Assembly (NCBI GenBank): GCA_963815195.1 | Contig: CAWFGE010000008.1 | Coordinates: 96,001 to 160,000, forward strand | Length of the DNA: 64,000 nucleotides | Direction of reading: 5' to 3' | From: an uncultured Planctomycetaceae bacterium | GTDB lineage: Bacteria; Planctomycetota; Planctomycetia; Planctomycetales; Planctomycetaceae | In this document: positions 41,828-53,079 of the stretch, in pieces | Numbering within the stretch: the first letter of the stretch is position 1 | How the letters are laid out: each line of letters starts with the position of its first letter | The notes under the pieces: generated by a model | Told to the model about the DNA's origin: nothing | The model's input: the letters and a program-made list of their open reading frames with translations, nothing else | The model's database searches: none | Translations under genes and position numbers: made by a program

Positions 41828-42577
41828 TCAGGCCGTCGGCTTGGTTTGGGACGGGGATCGGGCGATGCCCCGCTCGGCGAGGTTTTCCATCAGTTCGATC
41901 TGGAGCTGCTGGATTTCCAGGAGCCTTTGCCATTGGTGCGTCAGCAATTGATCGACCTTGGCATGCAGCAGGCGGATTTCCAGCTCGGCTTTGAGGTTCA
42001 CGCGGTAATCGTATTCGGACCGCAGCCGATCTTTGGATTCCTGGCGGTTCTGGCTCATCATAATGATCGGAGCCTGAATCGCCGCCAGGCAGGACAGCAC
42101 CAGGTTGAGCAGAATGAACGGGTACGGATCGAACGGCTGGCGGAAGAGCAGGACCGTATTCATCACGATCCATCCCAACATCACACAGGCAAACAGAATA
42201 ATAAAGCTCCAACTGCCCCCAAATTCCGCCAGGTGATCCGAAAGGCGTTCCCCGACGGTGAGCCGGCGGTCGAACTGGGCGTCGACGTTCTGGGAGATGG
42301 ATTCCTGCTCCTCGAGGCTGCGGACGACGTCTTCTTCGAGGGCGGATAGTTCGCCTTTCTCATCCTCCAAAAGTTGCCGGAGGTGCGCGGTGCGGAAACG
42401 GTTGAGGCAAGGCAGGCAAATCGAGGCGTCCGCGGGCAGGTCGGGATGATCCTTCGAAACCTCGGACATCACCGCGCTGCGGACGGCTTCCAGAGGCACG
42501 AGTTCGGATCGAGACCGCGACTGGCCGCACACGGGGCAGTTTTCGCGCGGGGCGGGTTGTCGCTGTCGCTTGCTCAT
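41828..42577 (-). CDS. DUF1003 domain membrane protein
   Basis: FGGSW.FI, PFDPYPFILLNLVLSCLAAIQAPIIMMSQNRQ and NLKAELEI motifs. Confidence 0.92.
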   Translation of the reverse strand: MSKRQRQPAPRENCPVCGQSRSRSELVPLEAVRSAVMSEVSKDHPDLPADASICLPCLNRFRTAHLRQLLEDEKGELSALEEDVVRSLEEQESISQNVDAQFDRRLTVGERLSDHLAEFGGSWSFIILFACVMLGWIVMNTVLLFRQPFDPYPFILLNLVLSCLAAIQAPIIMMSQNRQESKDRLRSEYDYRVNLKAELEIRLLHAKVDQLLTHQWQRLLEIQQLQIELMENLAERGIARSPSQTKPTA

Positions 42578-42672
42578 AACCGCGCAAAACCGCCGCCTCT
42601 CGGGACACAGGAACCGAAGTCATTACTTCGCCGCTGACGCGGCCAGACCCGCCAAACCTGAAACTTAAAACC

Positions 42673-45105
42673 CTACCGCCGTAGGCTTTCCATCAATGTG
42701 TTGATCGCCGCGAAGGCTTTGTTGAGTGCGTCCGTGTCGGGCATGGGCACTTTCAAATAGGTTTGGCCCGTGCGTTCGTCGGTGGCGGTTTCAAATGACG
42801 ATTTGCGTTGGCTGGGTGCTTGCCCGTTTTTCTTGCCGTTGCCGTTTTGAGAACTCGAGGCGGCGAGTTGTTCCAAGAGAGCCAGGCCGTTTTGCAAGAG
42901 ACCCGCAAGCGGATTGTCCATGCGGGAGGCCGGCGGTTCTCCAGGGCCGGCGGTCTCTTTGTCTTCTTCCGGTTCTGCTTCGGCTTGCGGCGGTGTTTGG
43001 GGGATGTCGGAGGTGACTTTCTCCACGCTCTCCATAAACCGTTTGAGCCGGCTTTCGCCGAGGAAGACTTCTTTCTCGCCCCCGTCCAAAATCCCTGCGA
43101 ACAGGGATTTTTTGAACGCGAGCGTCGAGAGCATGCCCTGCTCGATTGTGCCCTCGGCGATAAAGTTGATCACCTGCACCGGCCGGGTCTGCCCCAAGCG
43201 ATGCACCCGCCCAATCCGCTGCTCCAAGACGGCCGGGTTCCAGGGGAGATCCATGTTGACGACGACGTTGGCGTGCTGCAGATTCAGGCCCACGCCGCCC
43301 GCATCGGTGGAAAGGAACAAGCGGCAGTTGGGGTCTTCGCGGAATTGCTCGATCAGGGTTTTCCGCTTGCGGCTGGGCACGCCGCCGTGGAAGAACACGT
43401 GCCCCCAACCGTGGCCGTTCACCCGGCGGGTGATCAGTTCGTGCGTGCGGGTCCACTGGCTGAAGATCACGACTTTGTTCTCTTCGGATTCCAGCACATC
43501 CGTCAGCGTCGCCAGGAGTTCGTCGGGCTTGGTGCTGTGGTCGGTTTCGTGATCGACGAGGAAGGTGCTGTTGCAGCTCATCCGCATCATCTGCAGGGCG
43601 ATCATCAGCCGCCGCTGGTCGGTTTCCGTGAGAAATCCATACCGCCGCCATTTCTGGGCGATGCGGGCCACGATCTCGCGGTGCTCTTCGTGCAGGTGCA
43701 TTTGGGCTTCGGTCATGGGCACGAAGAGATTTTTCTCCAACCGCTGGGGAAGTTCGTCGAGCACATCTTTTTTCTGCCGGCGAATGAGCAGCGGTTTTAA
43801 GGTCTCGCCAACCTTGTCGAGGTTTTTGTATCCGATGACCCGCCCGGTCTCGCCGTCCAATTCCTGATGCTCGTGCAAAAACCGATACGTCGGCCCCAGC
43901 CGGTGCCGATCCACGAATTGCACAATCGAGACCAATTCCTCCAAGCGGTTCTCCAAAGGCGTGCCGGTGAGCACGATGGCATAAGGCGTGTCGATTTGCT
44001 TGACGCTCCGTGCGGTGCGGGTTTCCCAATTCTTGATCCGCTGGGCTTCATCGAGGATCACGAGGTCGGGGCTGAGCTTGGCGAGAAAATCCAGATCGCG
44101 ATAGACGATGTCGTAATTGACGATCTTGTAGAACGAATCCTCGCGGTAGCATTCCATCCGCTGAGGGCGGAGTCCTTCGACGACCGTGGCGGCGCGGCGG
44201 GTGAATTTTTCGATTTCGCGTTTCCATTGATGCTTGAGCGAAGTCGGGCAGACGATGAGCACCTGCTCGACGCCGAACTCCTGCCCCATGATCTCCGCGG
44301 CCGCGAGAGCCTGGACCGTTTTGCCGAGGCCCATCTCATCGCCGATCAAGCACCGCCCCGCCCGCGCTGCAAACAAGGCGCCTTCGCGCTGGTATTTGTA
44401 CATCGGCACGCGGAGCAGGTTTTTGAAATGGGCGCTTCGCGGGCCGACGGGGAACACATCGTCGAGGTGCTTCTTGCGTTTCTCGTCGTCCCGGACTTCC
44501 GCGATAAAGGTCAAGGCATCGTCGTAGCAGCGGAGGTCGTGGTCGATTTCGGAGGCCTTCGACAGAAACGTCTGGAACTTGGCATACGAGCCCGGCAGCA
44601 AGAGGCCGTCCTCGCCAAAATACTTGCCGGCGAGGTCCGCAAGCTTCTGCGGGCATTCGGTTCCCGCGCGGAAGTTCACCCGCCGCTCGGCTCCATATTG
44701 CAGGAAGACTTCGGTGTATTCGGGACGAAAGCCCTCGGCCAGGGCTTTTTTGCTGCCGCGTTTTTTCTCGAGCTGGGCGAGCGTAAATTCCAGATGCTTG
44801 CAGGTGCCCAGATGATTGGTGGCGAAGTCGGGGCAGGAGCAGAAGTTTTCGCCGAGCCCCGTGCCGCGGATGGCGACGCGGTAGGTGTTGCCGGATTCCG
44901 GATTCCGCACGAGGAATTCCGAAAAGATTTTCTCGTCGCCGATGTTCTTGAGCGAAAAGTTCTGGTCGCGTCCGAACTGCCGGCGGAGTGCGACCTGCCA
45001 ATCTTCGAGCGACATGCCTTCGGGTTTTTTGGTGCGGGAGACGCGTTTGGCGCGGGCGGCTTTCTTTTTGCCGGATTTCGATTTGCGGGTCCGTGTCGTC
45101 GCCAT
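42673..45105 (-). CDS. SWIM zinc finger SNF2-family helicase
   Basis: CSCPDF...CKH, DEMGLGKT, DEAQRIKN, LTGTPLEN, GGVGLNL and QRIGRVHR motifs. Confidence 0.93.
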   Translation of the reverse strand: MATTRTRKSKSGKKKAARAKRVSRTKKPEGMSLEDWQVALRRQFGRDQNFSLKNIGDEKIFSEFLVRNPESGNTYRVAIRGTGLGENFCSCPDFATNHLGTCKHLEFTLAQLEKKRGSKKALAEGFRPEYTEVFLQYGAERRVNFRAGTECPQKLADLAGKYFGEDGLLLPGSYAKFQTFLSKASEIDHDLRCYDDALTFIAEVRDDEKRKKHLDDVFPVGPRSAHFKNLLRVPMYKYQREGALFAARAGRCLIGDEMGLGKTVQALAAAEIMGQEFGVEQVLIVCPTSLKHQWKREIEKFTRRAATVVEGLRPQRMECYREDSFYKIVNYDIVYRDLDFLAKLSPDLVILDEAQRIKNWETRTARSVKQIDTPYAIVLTGTPLENRLEELVSIVQFVDRHRLGPTYRFLHEHQELDGETGRVIGYKNLDKVGETLKPLLIRRQKKDVLDELPQRLEKNLFVPMTEAQMHLHEEHREIVARIAQKWRRYGFLTETDQRRLMIALQMMRMSCNSTFLVDHETDHSTKPDELLATLTDVLESEENKVVIFSQWTRTHELITRRVNGHGWGHVFFHGGVPSRKRKTLIEQFREDPNCRLFLSTDAGGVGLNLQHANVVVNMDLPWNPAVLEQRIGRVHRLGQTRPVQVINFIAEGTIEQGMLSTLAFKKSLFAGILDGGEKEVFLGESRLKRFMESVEKVTSDIPQTPPQAEAEPEEDKETAGPGEPPASRMDNPLAGLLQNGLALLEQLAASSSQNGNGKKNGQAPSQRKSSFETATDERTGQTYLKVPMPDTDALNKAFAAINTLMESLRR

Positions 45106-45259
45106 GGGATCCATCTCGAAAAAATGTCCTGCGGTTGGGTTCAATGAATGAGGGGTTATTATAACGAACCCCGAACCCCAAGCGAACCAGCGGATGAATT
45201 TGCCCAATCCTCCAGCGACTCGAAGGGCGCGGAATGTGCCGCTGGCTCCCCGCCCCAGA

Positions 45260-45283
45260 GGCACTGACAAAGCCAGTGGCACA
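45260..45283. repeat. REP-like palindrome GGCACTG-N5-GCCAGTGGCACAC
   Basis: Same family at 56738-56797 and 56918-56942. Confidence 0.65.
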
Positions 45284-45337
45284 CTTTGCCTTATCGGCTT
45301 TTGAAGTCGCATGCGGATTGGATCAAATCAGCCGCGC

Positions 45338-45367
45338 TTGACCGTGTGATCCAGAGACTTCTATCAT
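45338..45367 (+). promoter_or_regulatory. Possible sigma70 promoter of gltX
   Basis: TTGACC-N18-TATCAT. Confidence 0.4.
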
Positions 45368-45414
45368 CCAGCTCTGACATTTCCCCTGCCCCTGTTTCAA
45401 ATTGAATCCCTTTA

Positions 45415-47103
45415 ATGATGACGGTTCGCACGCGGTTTGCCCCCAGCCCCACCGGTTACATGCACATCGGCGGCATGCGGACGGCGTTCTTCAACTGGCT
45501 CTGGGCCCGGCACAGCGGCGGGCGATTCATTTTGCGGATTGACGACACCGACCAGGGCCGGCACGTCGAGGAAGCCCTCGCCCCCATTTTGGAAGCCTTT
45601 CGCTGGCTGGGCTTGGATTGGGATGAAGGCCCGGAAGTCGGCGGGCCGCACGGTCCTTATTATCAATCGGAACGGAGCGGCCTCTATACGGCCGCCATCG
45701 AAAAGCTGCTGGCCGAGGGCAAAGCCTTTCGCTGTTACAACACCCCGGAGCAAAACCAGGCGGACCGCGAGGCCGCCGAGAAAGCCGGCGGTGCGCGGCT
45801 TAACGTCCGCCGGTCGCTGGAACTTTCCAAAGCGGAATTGGATCAATACCAAGCCGAGGGCCGGCCGTTTGTGGTGAGACTGCTGGTGCCGCGGGACCGG
45901 AAGTTGAAAATCCAGGATGTGGTTCGCGGCGAAGTGGAATGGGATCTCGGCGGACTCGCGGACCCGGCGATCGCGCGGGGCGACGGTTCCGCGCTGTATA
46001 ATCTGGCTTGTGTTGTGGATGACGCGGCGATGGAGATCACGCATATCATCCGTGCCGAGGAACATCTCTCCAATACGCCGGCTCAATGTTTGATCCACGA
46101 AGCCTTGGGCCACGAACCGCCCGTGTTTGCGCACATTCCCTTCGTGACCGCGCCGGGAACCAACAAGAAACTCAGCAAGCGGGACGTCGGAAAATACCGC
46201 AACAATCCGCAGTTTCGCAAGATGTTCGACGCGGGCGACCGCGTTTTCGGCCGGCTGGGATTGGGCGATGCCGACGCTTTGAACCCCGTAATGGTTTCCT
46301 ATTACGAAACCATTGGCTACCTGCCGGCGGGCGTGCTCAATGCGCTGGCGCGGTTGGGCTGGTCGCTGGACGACAAGACCGAATACCTCTCCCGCGAGAC
46401 GTTGATTTCCCATTTCACCTTGGAGCGGGTCATCAAAGGCTCGGCCGGGTTCGATCCCGACAAGCTGCAAAGCTACCAGGCGCATTGGATGGGCGAGTTG
46501 TCGCTCGAAGAAAAAATCGCCGGCTGCCTGCCGTTTTTGATCCGGGCGAATTTGATCGCCGATCCGCCCGGCGACGAGACGCGGGAATACGTGGGCCGGG
46601 TGATGGAAATCCTCGGCGAGCGGTTGGTGATCTTCGGGGACATTCTGAACGCGGAGGATTTCTTCCTGCCGGATCGCGAATTGCCTTATGATGAGAAAGC
46701 CTTTGAGAAACGAATCACCAAACCGCCCGAAGCTCAGGGGCATCTGAAAGCGTTCCGCGAAAAACTCGCCGAGACCGAAGCCTTTGACGCGGTTTCCTTG
46801 GAGGCGCTCCTCAAAGCCTATTGCGATGCCACCGACATCAAGCTGGGCGACGTGATCCACGCCGTCCGCGTGGCCGCCACGGGCAAAGCCCAGGGACCGG
46901 GCTTGTTCGACACGCTGGCGGTGCTGGGCCGGGAACGGTGTCTGGCTCGCATCGACCGCGCTTTGGATCGCGCAGGCTTAGAACCGGCGACGAGCCACCC
47001 ACAGGGTCCCCGGCCGTTCACAGGCTGCCTTTGGACGAGGGGACGCCCGGTTGCCGGGGGTCGATGGCGACGGCCTGGCGGAGGGCCCGCGCGGTGGCTT
47101 TGA
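45415..47103 (+). CDS. gltX: Glutamate--tRNA ligase; true stop probably near 46980
   Basis: [23 protein letters not shown] and KLSKR motifs; tail overlaps hisB. Confidence 0.95.
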   Translation: MMTVRTRFAPSPTGYMHIGGMRTAFFNWLWARHSGGRFILRIDDTDQGRHVEEALAPILEAFRWLGLDWDEGPEVGGPHGPYYQSERSGLYTAAIEKLLAEGKAFRCYNTPEQNQADREAAEKAGGARLNVRRSLELSKAELDQYQAEGRPFVVRLLVPRDRKLKIQDVVRGEVEWDLGGLADPAIARGDGSALYNLACVVDDAAMEITHIIRAEEHLSNTPAQCLIHEALGHEPPVFAHIPFVTAPGTNKKLSKRDVGKYRNNPQFRKMFDAGDRVFGRLGLGDADALNPVMVSYYETIGYLPAGVLNALARLGWSLDDKTEYLSRETLISHFTLERVIKGSAGFDPDKLQSYQAHWMGELSLEEKIAGCLPFLIRANLIADPPGDETREYVGRVMEILGERLVIFGDILNAEDFFLPDRELPYDEKAFEKRITKPPEAQGHLKAFREKLAETEAFDAVSLEALLKAYCDATDIKLGDVIHAVRVAATGKAQGPGLFDTLAVLGRERCLARIDRALDRAGLEPATSHPQGPRPFTGCLWTRGRPVAGGRWRRPGGGPARWL

Positions 47104-47605
47104 AGACCGCCTCGGCAATGTGGTGGCTGTTCTGGCCGTGGTGCAGAACCAGATGCAGATTCAACAACGCGTTGCTCGAGACCGCTTGCCAGAACTCCCG
47201 CACCAACTCCGCATCGAACTCGCCGATTTTTTCGGTGGGAAGCTCCACGCGATAAACGAACCACATCCGCCCGCTGAAATCGAGGGCCGACGTCACGAGC
47301 GTTTCCTCCATCGGCAGCGTCATCGAGCCGTACCGCGTCAAGCCGCGCTTGTCGCCGACCGCTTCCAGAAGGGCTTTGCCCAGGCAAATGCCCACATCTT
47401 CCACGGTGTGGTGCTGATCGACGTCGAGGTCGCCGTCGGCTTCGATGGTCAAATCGAACAACGCGTGCTTGGCCAGGAGCGTGAGCATGTGGTCGAAAAA
47501 GCCGACGCCCGTGCGGATTTCCGCCTGTCCGCTGCCGTCCAGGTCGAGTTCCAGCCGGATTTTCGTTTCCGCGGTTTCGCGGTGAATGCTTGCCGTGCGT
47601 GCCAT
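47018..47605 (-). CDS. hisB: Imidazoleglycerol-phosphate dehydratase
   Basis: [29 protein letters not shown] and PSSKGSL motifs. Confidence 0.97.
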   Translation of the reverse strand: MARTASIHRETAETKIRLELDLDGSGQAEIRTGVGFFDHMLTLLAKHALFDLTIEADGDLDVDQHHTVEDVGICLGKALLEAVGDKRGLTRYGSMTLPMEETLVTSALDFSGRMWFVYRVELPTEKIGEFDAELVREFWQAVSSNALLNLHLVLHHGQNSHHIAEAVFKATARALRQAVAIDPRQPGVPSSKGSL

Positions 47606-47653
47606 GCGTGTGAGAGTTTCGATTCGAGAAGGAAGATGAAGTTGCGAAGCGCG

Positions 47654-48751
47654 CTACGTTTTGAGGACCGACACGATGTTCGCCAGACTCTTCAGACAGG
47701 CGTCGGCTTCCTCGTCGGTGCCGATGGTGATTCTGAGCCCGTCGTTCGCTCGGCCGGGCTGTTCGGGAACATGAGGAAAATTCATGTAGCGGATCAAGAT
47801 CTTCTGTTTTTTGAGTTCTTCAAAGATCTCGGCGTGGGGGATGGCGGAATGCGTGGCCCACACAAAGTTGGCCTGGCTGTCCACGACCTGAAATCCGAGG
47901 TTTCGCAGTTCTTCCGTCATGCGGGCGCGGGTCTGGCGGATTTTCGCGACGTTGCTTTGCATCCAGGTTTGATCCGCGAGCGCCGCCGTCGCCGCGGCCA
48001 GCGACAGCGTGTCGCAGTTGTAGCTGTCTTTGACCTTCCGCATTCCGAGGATCAATTCGGGATGCGCGATCGCCAATCCGAACCGCACGCCGGCGAGGCT
48101 GTAGGATTTGCTCAAGGTGCGGGTGATGATGATCCGCTTCGCCGCGGGATCGGTGGCATGCAGCAATTCCGCGCGGTGGGGCTTGTCGCAAAAATCTCCG
48201 TAGGCTTCATCGAGCACCAACACGCCCCTGGGTGGCACCAGGGACAGGATCTCCTCATCGCTCCAGCGGTTGCCCGACGGGGAATTGGGATTGGGCACGA
48301 ACACCAGCTTGGCCCGCTCGACAATCGGGCGGGCGGTTTCCATGTCCCAAGACCAATCCGGATTTAAGAGCATCCGCTCGCACCCGGCCCCCTGGATTTC
48401 CGCCAGCGTTTCGTAGAGCACATAACTGGGATAGGGATACGCAATGAAGTCCGCCGAGTCCACAAACGAGCGAGTGAGAATGGTCAGGTTCTCGTCGCTG
48501 CCGTTGGCGGGCAGGATCCAATCCGGTTCGACATGAAAGACCGCCGCGGCTTCTTCGCAAAATTTGCGGGCGAGCGGATCGGGATAGATGTTCAACCGCC
48601 CGCGGGCCGCCGCCTCGATCGCCGCCACGACCTGGGGCGACGGCGGATAGGGGTTCTCGTTGGTATTCAGCTTGACCCACCCCGGTTCTTGGGGCTGCTG
48701 GCCGGGCACATAACCGGCCAGGCGGTCGACATCGGGACGAAACAGGCTCAT
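47654..48751 (-). CDS. hisC: Histidinol-phosphate aminotransferase
   Basis: KLNTNENPYPP, NPNSPSG, DEAY and RTLSKSYSLAGVRFG motifs. Confidence 0.96.
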   Translation of the reverse strand: MSLFRPDVDRLAGYVPGQQPQEPGWVKLNTNENPYPPSPQVVAAIEAAARGRLNIYPDPLARKFCEEAAAVFHVEPDWILPANGSDENLTILTRSFVDSADFIAYPYPSYVLYETLAEIQGAGCERMLLNPDWSWDMETARPIVERAKLVFVPNPNSPSGNRWSDEEILSLVPPRGVLVLDEAYGDFCDKPHRAELLHATDPAAKRIIITRTLSKSYSLAGVRFGLAIAHPELILGMRKVKDSYNCDTLSLAAATAALADQTWMQSNVAKIRQTRARMTEELRNLGFQVVDSQANFVWATHSAIPHAEIFEELKKQKILIRYMNFPHVPEQPGRANDGLRITIGTDEEADACLKSLANIVSVLKT

Positions 48752-48901
48752 GGAGGAATCGGCGTCTCGGAACAGGTTGATGGAAAAAGATTATTGTCCG
48801 CACTTCACCAAGCGGGGTCAACGTTCATTGATTGATCGCAGATCGTTTTCCCGGCGAAGCCGTTGCTTCGTTCTCCATTCCCGACATGCTATAACCGCAT
48901 C

Positions 48902-50341
48902 ATGGCAAAACACAGGCAAATCCGGCGGGGTCAACCACCGCGACCGAAGACGGAGATTTCCCCGTCCGCACCGCCGAATTCGGCCCGGCAGGTTGTGTTT
49001 GTCGTGCTCGAGCAATACCGGCGGACCGGAGAGTTTGTGGCCGAGTTGCTCCAAGCGGAAATCGCGCGGGCCGGGCTCGGTTCGCAGGATCGCCGGTTGG
49101 CGCGGGAAATGGTTTCGGGAATCGTTCGCCGGCAGGCGACTTTGGACGCCCTCGTCACGCCGCACATCCGCCGAGCACGGGAGAACGTCGAAGATCCCCT
49201 CTGGCGGCTGCTGCAGATGGGCGTTTATGAGTTGGCGTTCCTCGCGGGCATCCCGCCGCGGGCCAGCGTGAACGAAACGACCGAACTGGCCCGGTTCCTC
49301 AATCGGCCGCGCTGGACGGGATTTTTGAACGGCACGCTGCGGTCAATCTCGCAAAGCCTGCTCGAAGAAACCACGGACTCGCCCGCGGCCGACGCTTTCC
49401 CCGTGGAGGCGGGGCGGTATCGAAAGTCTAGGGTGCCTTGTTTTCCCGATCCCCAAACCGACCCCGAGGGCTATTTCGCGGCGGCCTTTAGTTTTCCAAG
49501 TTGGCTTGTCGAACGCTGGGAGGCCCGGCACTCTTTTGAGGAACTGGTGGAGTGGGGGTTCTGGTTCAACGCGCCCCCGCCTCTGGTGCTGCGGGTCAAT
49601 CCGCTCAAAACCACGCGGGCTGAGATCCTGGAGCGGTTTCGCGAACAAAACATCCCGGCGGACGCGGGGCCTTTGCCGAACGCAATACGTTTGCCGGAAT
49701 CGCGAAACGTCGCGGAACTCGCGGGCTTTGCCGAGGGCTGGTTCAGCGTGCAGGATTTGACCGCCATGAAAGCCGTGGAGTTATTGAATCCCCGCCCCGG
49801 CGAGACGGTGTGGGACGTGTGTGCGGCTCCCGGCACCAAGACCGGGGCCATCGCCGAGCACATGCAAAACCAGGGCCGCGTTGTTGCCACCGACATCCAC
49901 GCCCGCCGGTTGGCTCGGATCGAAGACAACAAACAACGCCTGGGATTGGACATCATCGATGTCGAGGCCATTTCCCCGGACGGAGAGATTTTGCCCGCCG
50001 GTCCGTTTGATGCAGCGCTCGTGGATGTGCCCTGCTCCAACACCGGCGTTTTGGGAAAGCGAGTCGAAGCCCGCTGGCGATTGCGGCCGGCGGACCTTGC
50101 AGAGCTTCCCGGCATTCAACGCCGACTGCTCGACGCGGGCGCGGATCGGATCCGGCCCGGCGGGCGATTGGTGTATTCCACCTGCAGCATCGAACCTGAA
50201 GAAAACGAGAACGTGGTCGAATCATTTTTGAAAGAGCGAACCGCTTGGCAATTGGTCGAACAGCACACGCATTGGCCCGGAAAGCCGGCCGACGGCGGTT
50301 TTGCAGCGCTCCTTCAACACGCGGGCGGAAGCGTGTTATGA
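48902..50341 (+). CDS. rsmB: 16S rRNA m5C967 methyltransferase
   Basis: NusB-like N-terminus; DVCAAPGTK, DVPCSNTG and YSTCS motifs. Confidence 0.92.
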   Translation: MAKHRQIRRGQPPRPKTEISPSAPPNSARQVVFVVLEQYRRTGEFVAELLQAEIARAGLGSQDRRLAREMVSGIVRRQATLDALVTPHIRRARENVEDPLWRLLQMGVYELAFLAGIPPRASVNETTELARFLNRPRWTGFLNGTLRSISQSLLEETTDSPAADAFPVEAGRYRKSRVPCFPDPQTDPEGYFAAAFSFPSWLVERWEARHSFEELVEWGFWFNAPPPLVLRVNPLKTTRAEILERFREQNIPADAGPLPNAIRLPESRNVAELAGFAEGWFSVQDLTAMKAVELLNPRPGETVWDVCAAPGTKTGAIAEHMQNQGRVVATDIHARRLARIEDNKQRLGLDIIDVEAISPDGEILPAGPFDAALVDVPCSNTGVLGKRVEARWRLRPADLAELPGIQRRLLDAGADRIRPGGRLVYSTCSIEPEENENVVESFLKERTAWQLVEQHTHWPGKPADGGFAALLQHAGGSVL

Positions 50342-50427
50342 TCTCGTCAGTGCACCCGAGTTGACGGCGGCTGGAAACCGTCGCGAACGGCCATCCCACC
50401 CACGAAACTGCCAAACGAACAACGTCC

Positions 50428-50997
50428 ATGACCGAATCTCCCTCGACAATCGAAAACCTGGTCGATTTGATCCGCCAACGGCGGACGGTGCATACATTCC
50501 AGCCGGAGACGCCGCCGCAGGAAGCCATCCTGCGGGCGGTGGAAGTGGCCCGCTGGGCGCCGAACCATCACCACACCGAACCCTGGCGGTTTTTGCTCTT
50601 GGGGCCGGAAGCCGCTTCGCGGATCGTGGATCTCAACGCGGAACTCGTCACCGCCCGCAAGGGACCGGAGCACGGGGAACACAAACGCCAGCGGTGGAGC
50701 ACCGTCCCCGGTTGGCTCGCAGTGACCTGCCCCTATTCCGAGGACCCGCAGCGCCAGCAGGAAGACTACGCGGCCTGCTGCTGCGCCGTCCACAACTTTT
50801 CGCTCGCCCTGTGGAGCGAAGGCATCGGCGTCAAATGGACCACCGGCGATGTCACCCGGCATCCGCGGTTCTTCGAGATGCTCGACATCGATCCCGCCAC
50901 GCATTTTGTCGTGGGGCTGATGTGGTACGGTTATCCCGCGGAAATCCCCACCGCCCGCCGAAAGCCCGTCGAAGAGATCTTTACCGAATTGCCGTGA
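50428..50997 (+). CDS. Nitroreductase family protein
   Basis: IRQRRTV..F, WAPNHHHTEPWRF, GIGVKWTTG and GYP motifs. Confidence 0.9.
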   Translation: MTESPSTIENLVDLIRQRRTVHTFQPETPPQEAILRAVEVARWAPNHHHTEPWRFLLLGPEAASRIVDLNAELVTARKGPEHGEHKRQRWSTVPGWLAVTCPYSEDPQRQQEDYAACCCAVHNFSLALWSEGIGVKWTTGDVTRHPRFFEMLDIDPATHFVVGLMWYGYPAEIPTARRKPVEEIFTELP

Positions 50998-51383
50998 GCC
51001 GCAACAAAAAGGGAGCGGTGCGAGAAAGAGATCGGCGCTCCTGCCAAGCAGGATTGTTGCATAAAAGCAAATCGACGCCCCGGGCCAAAGATCTCAAACC
51101 CGGCATTTCGATCAGGTCGTCACCGCTCCATCGATCACCCTACCGCGCGGGTCAACGCGAATCAAGACGCAGTTGAGAGAATCTCGGCGTCACCGCGATG
51201 CCATAGAATTGATTCAAGCATTCCGCTTGTCCCATCTTGCTCAAATCGTCGCTTTCTCCTAAGATTACATGAATGTGCATTTTGGTGCATGGTCTTCGTG
51301 ACCCTGGATTCCGCGTTTCCGATCAGGTGTTTGGCTTGGCGGAACGGACGAAGACAAAACCGCATTGCTTCAAGGGGAATTAG

Positions 51384-52826
51384 ATGGGAAGATTCGTTGT
51401 AAGTCCTGTGCGGATGGCGATTTGTGTGTTCTTGCTGGGGGCCTCGGCCAATCTGGTGTTTGCCGGGCCCGCCCAAGCAGAGGAACGAACCAAGGACGCC
51501 GAGTATTACGAGCTGATGCAGGTGTTCGTGGACACCTACGAGCAAATCGACCGGAACTACGTCAAAGGCGTGGACCGCCGGAAGCTAATGGAAGCGGCGA
51601 TCCGGGGCATGCTCGAAGAGCTCGACCCCTATTCCTCCTACATCGATCCCGATGAGCTGACGAAGTTCAACCAGACCGTGGAACAGGAGTTCGGCGGGAT
51701 CGGCATCCAGGTGCAGATCGACCCGGACACGCACCTCATCACGGTGATTTCGCCGTTGCCCGGGACGCCCGCGTACAAGGCGGGCGTCAAGGCCGGGGAT
51801 GTGCTCATGGAGATCGAAGGTCAATCGACCAAGGGATTTCAGATCGACGATGCGGTGAAGCTCCTCAAGGGGAAAGCGGGCGAGGAAGTCAGCATTGGCG
51901 TCTTGCATTCCGGCGAAAAGGAAATTACCACCCTCAAAATGAAGCGGGACATCATCCAGGTCGCGACCGTGCTCGGCGACAAGTATAAAAAGAACAATGA
52001 TTGGGATTTCCTGATCGATCCCAAGGACAAAATCGGCTACATCCGCCTCACGCATTTCAGCCGCCGGAGCGCCGATGAGCTTTTGGAAGCCCTCCGCGAA
52101 TTGCAGCGCGAAGATATGAAAGGCCTCATTTTGGATTTGCGGTTCAACCCCGGCGGGCTGTTGACGCAGGCGATTCGGATTTGCGACATGTTCGTCGAAG
52201 AAGGCCGGATCGTCAGCACCAAAGGCCGCAACACCGACGAACGGGTTTGGGACGCTCACAAAGGCGGCACCTTCACCGGCTTCCCGATGGTGATTCTTGT
52301 GAACCGCTTTAGCGCCTCGGCCAGCGAAATCGTCAGCGCCTGCCTCCAGGACCACAAGCGGGCCACGATCATCGGCGAACGCACCTGGGGCAAAGGCAGC
52401 GTGCAAAACGTGATCGAACTCGAAGGCGGAGCGAGCGCCCTCAAGCTCACCACCGCCAGCTACCATCGGCCCAGCGGGAAAAATATCCACCGCTTCCCCA
52501 AGGCCAAGGAATCCGACGAATGGGGCGTCATGCCCGACGAGGACTACAAAGTCCAATTCTCGACCGAGCAGCTTCGGGACTATTTGAATTACCGCCACGA
52601 CCGCGATGTCCTTGACGGCGACGGCCCCCCCAAATCGGGCTTCAAAGATACCCAGCTCTCAAAGGCCTTGGACTACCTGAAAAAAGAACTGGGCACACCC
52701 AAACCCCAAGCCGCCGACAAAGGCGACACGCCCAAAGAGGAAAAAGCCAAACCCGCCGAAGCCTCCAAAGCCGCCGCCCATTTGGAACGCAAACCCCTGC
52801 GGATCCCGCGGCAAGTGGCATTGTAA
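51384..52826 (+). CDS. ctpA: C-terminal processing peptidase (S41)
   Basis: [29 protein letters not shown] and GKGSVQ motifs. Confidence 0.92.
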   Translation: MGRFVVSPVRMAICVFLLGASANLVFAGPAQAEERTKDAEYYELMQVFVDTYEQIDRNYVKGVDRRKLMEAAIRGMLEELDPYSSYIDPDELTKFNQTVEQEFGGIGIQVQIDPDTHLITVISPLPGTPAYKAGVKAGDVLMEIEGQSTKGFQIDDAVKLLKGKAGEEVSIGVLHSGEKEITTLKMKRDIIQVATVLGDKYKKNNDWDFLIDPKDKIGYIRLTHFSRRSADELLEALRELQREDMKGLILDLRFNPGGLLTQAIRICDMFVEEGRIVSTKGRNTDERVWDAHKGGTFTGFPMVILVNRFSASASEIVSACLQDHKRATIIGERTWGKGSVQNVIELEGGASALKLTTASYHRPSGKNIHRFPKAKESDEWGVMPDEDYKVQFSTEQLRDYLNYRHDRDVLDGDGPPKSGFKDTQLSKALDYLKKELGTPKPQAADKGDTPKEEKAKPAEASKAAAHLERKPLRIPRQVAL

Positions 52827-52886
52827 ACGAACGGGAGTTGTCAATGGCCAGAGGGAGAAAAATCCCAATGACCAGGCGGCTTTCAA

Positions 52887-53004
52887 GAGCCGCGCACGAA
52901 GTAAGCGGTTTTCAGGAATCCAGACAACGCAAGACCGCTTACTTCGTGCGCGGCTCAGGGTTTTTTGCAAGACCGCTTACTTCGTGCGCGGCTCAGGGTT
53001 TTTT
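52887..53004. repeat. REP-like cluster: GAGCCGCGCACGAAGTAAGCGGT plus two inverted copies in a 38-bp tandem
   Basis: Forward copy 52887-52909; tandem units 52929-52966 and 52967-53004. Confidence 0.85.
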
Positions 53005-53079
53005 GGAACGACTGAATCTGTGAAATCCCATCAACCCGGCTCATTTCGAGTCGGGTTTTCCTTGCGCGACTCTGCAATC

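Noticed and set aside
46980..47103. C-terminal extension of GltX overlapping hisB
   Set aside because: Non-homologous-looking tail, more likely a missed stop from an indel
52929..53004. 38-bp direct repeats as a CRISPR array
   Set aside because: Only two units, no spacer, an inverted partner copy and no cas genes; REP-like
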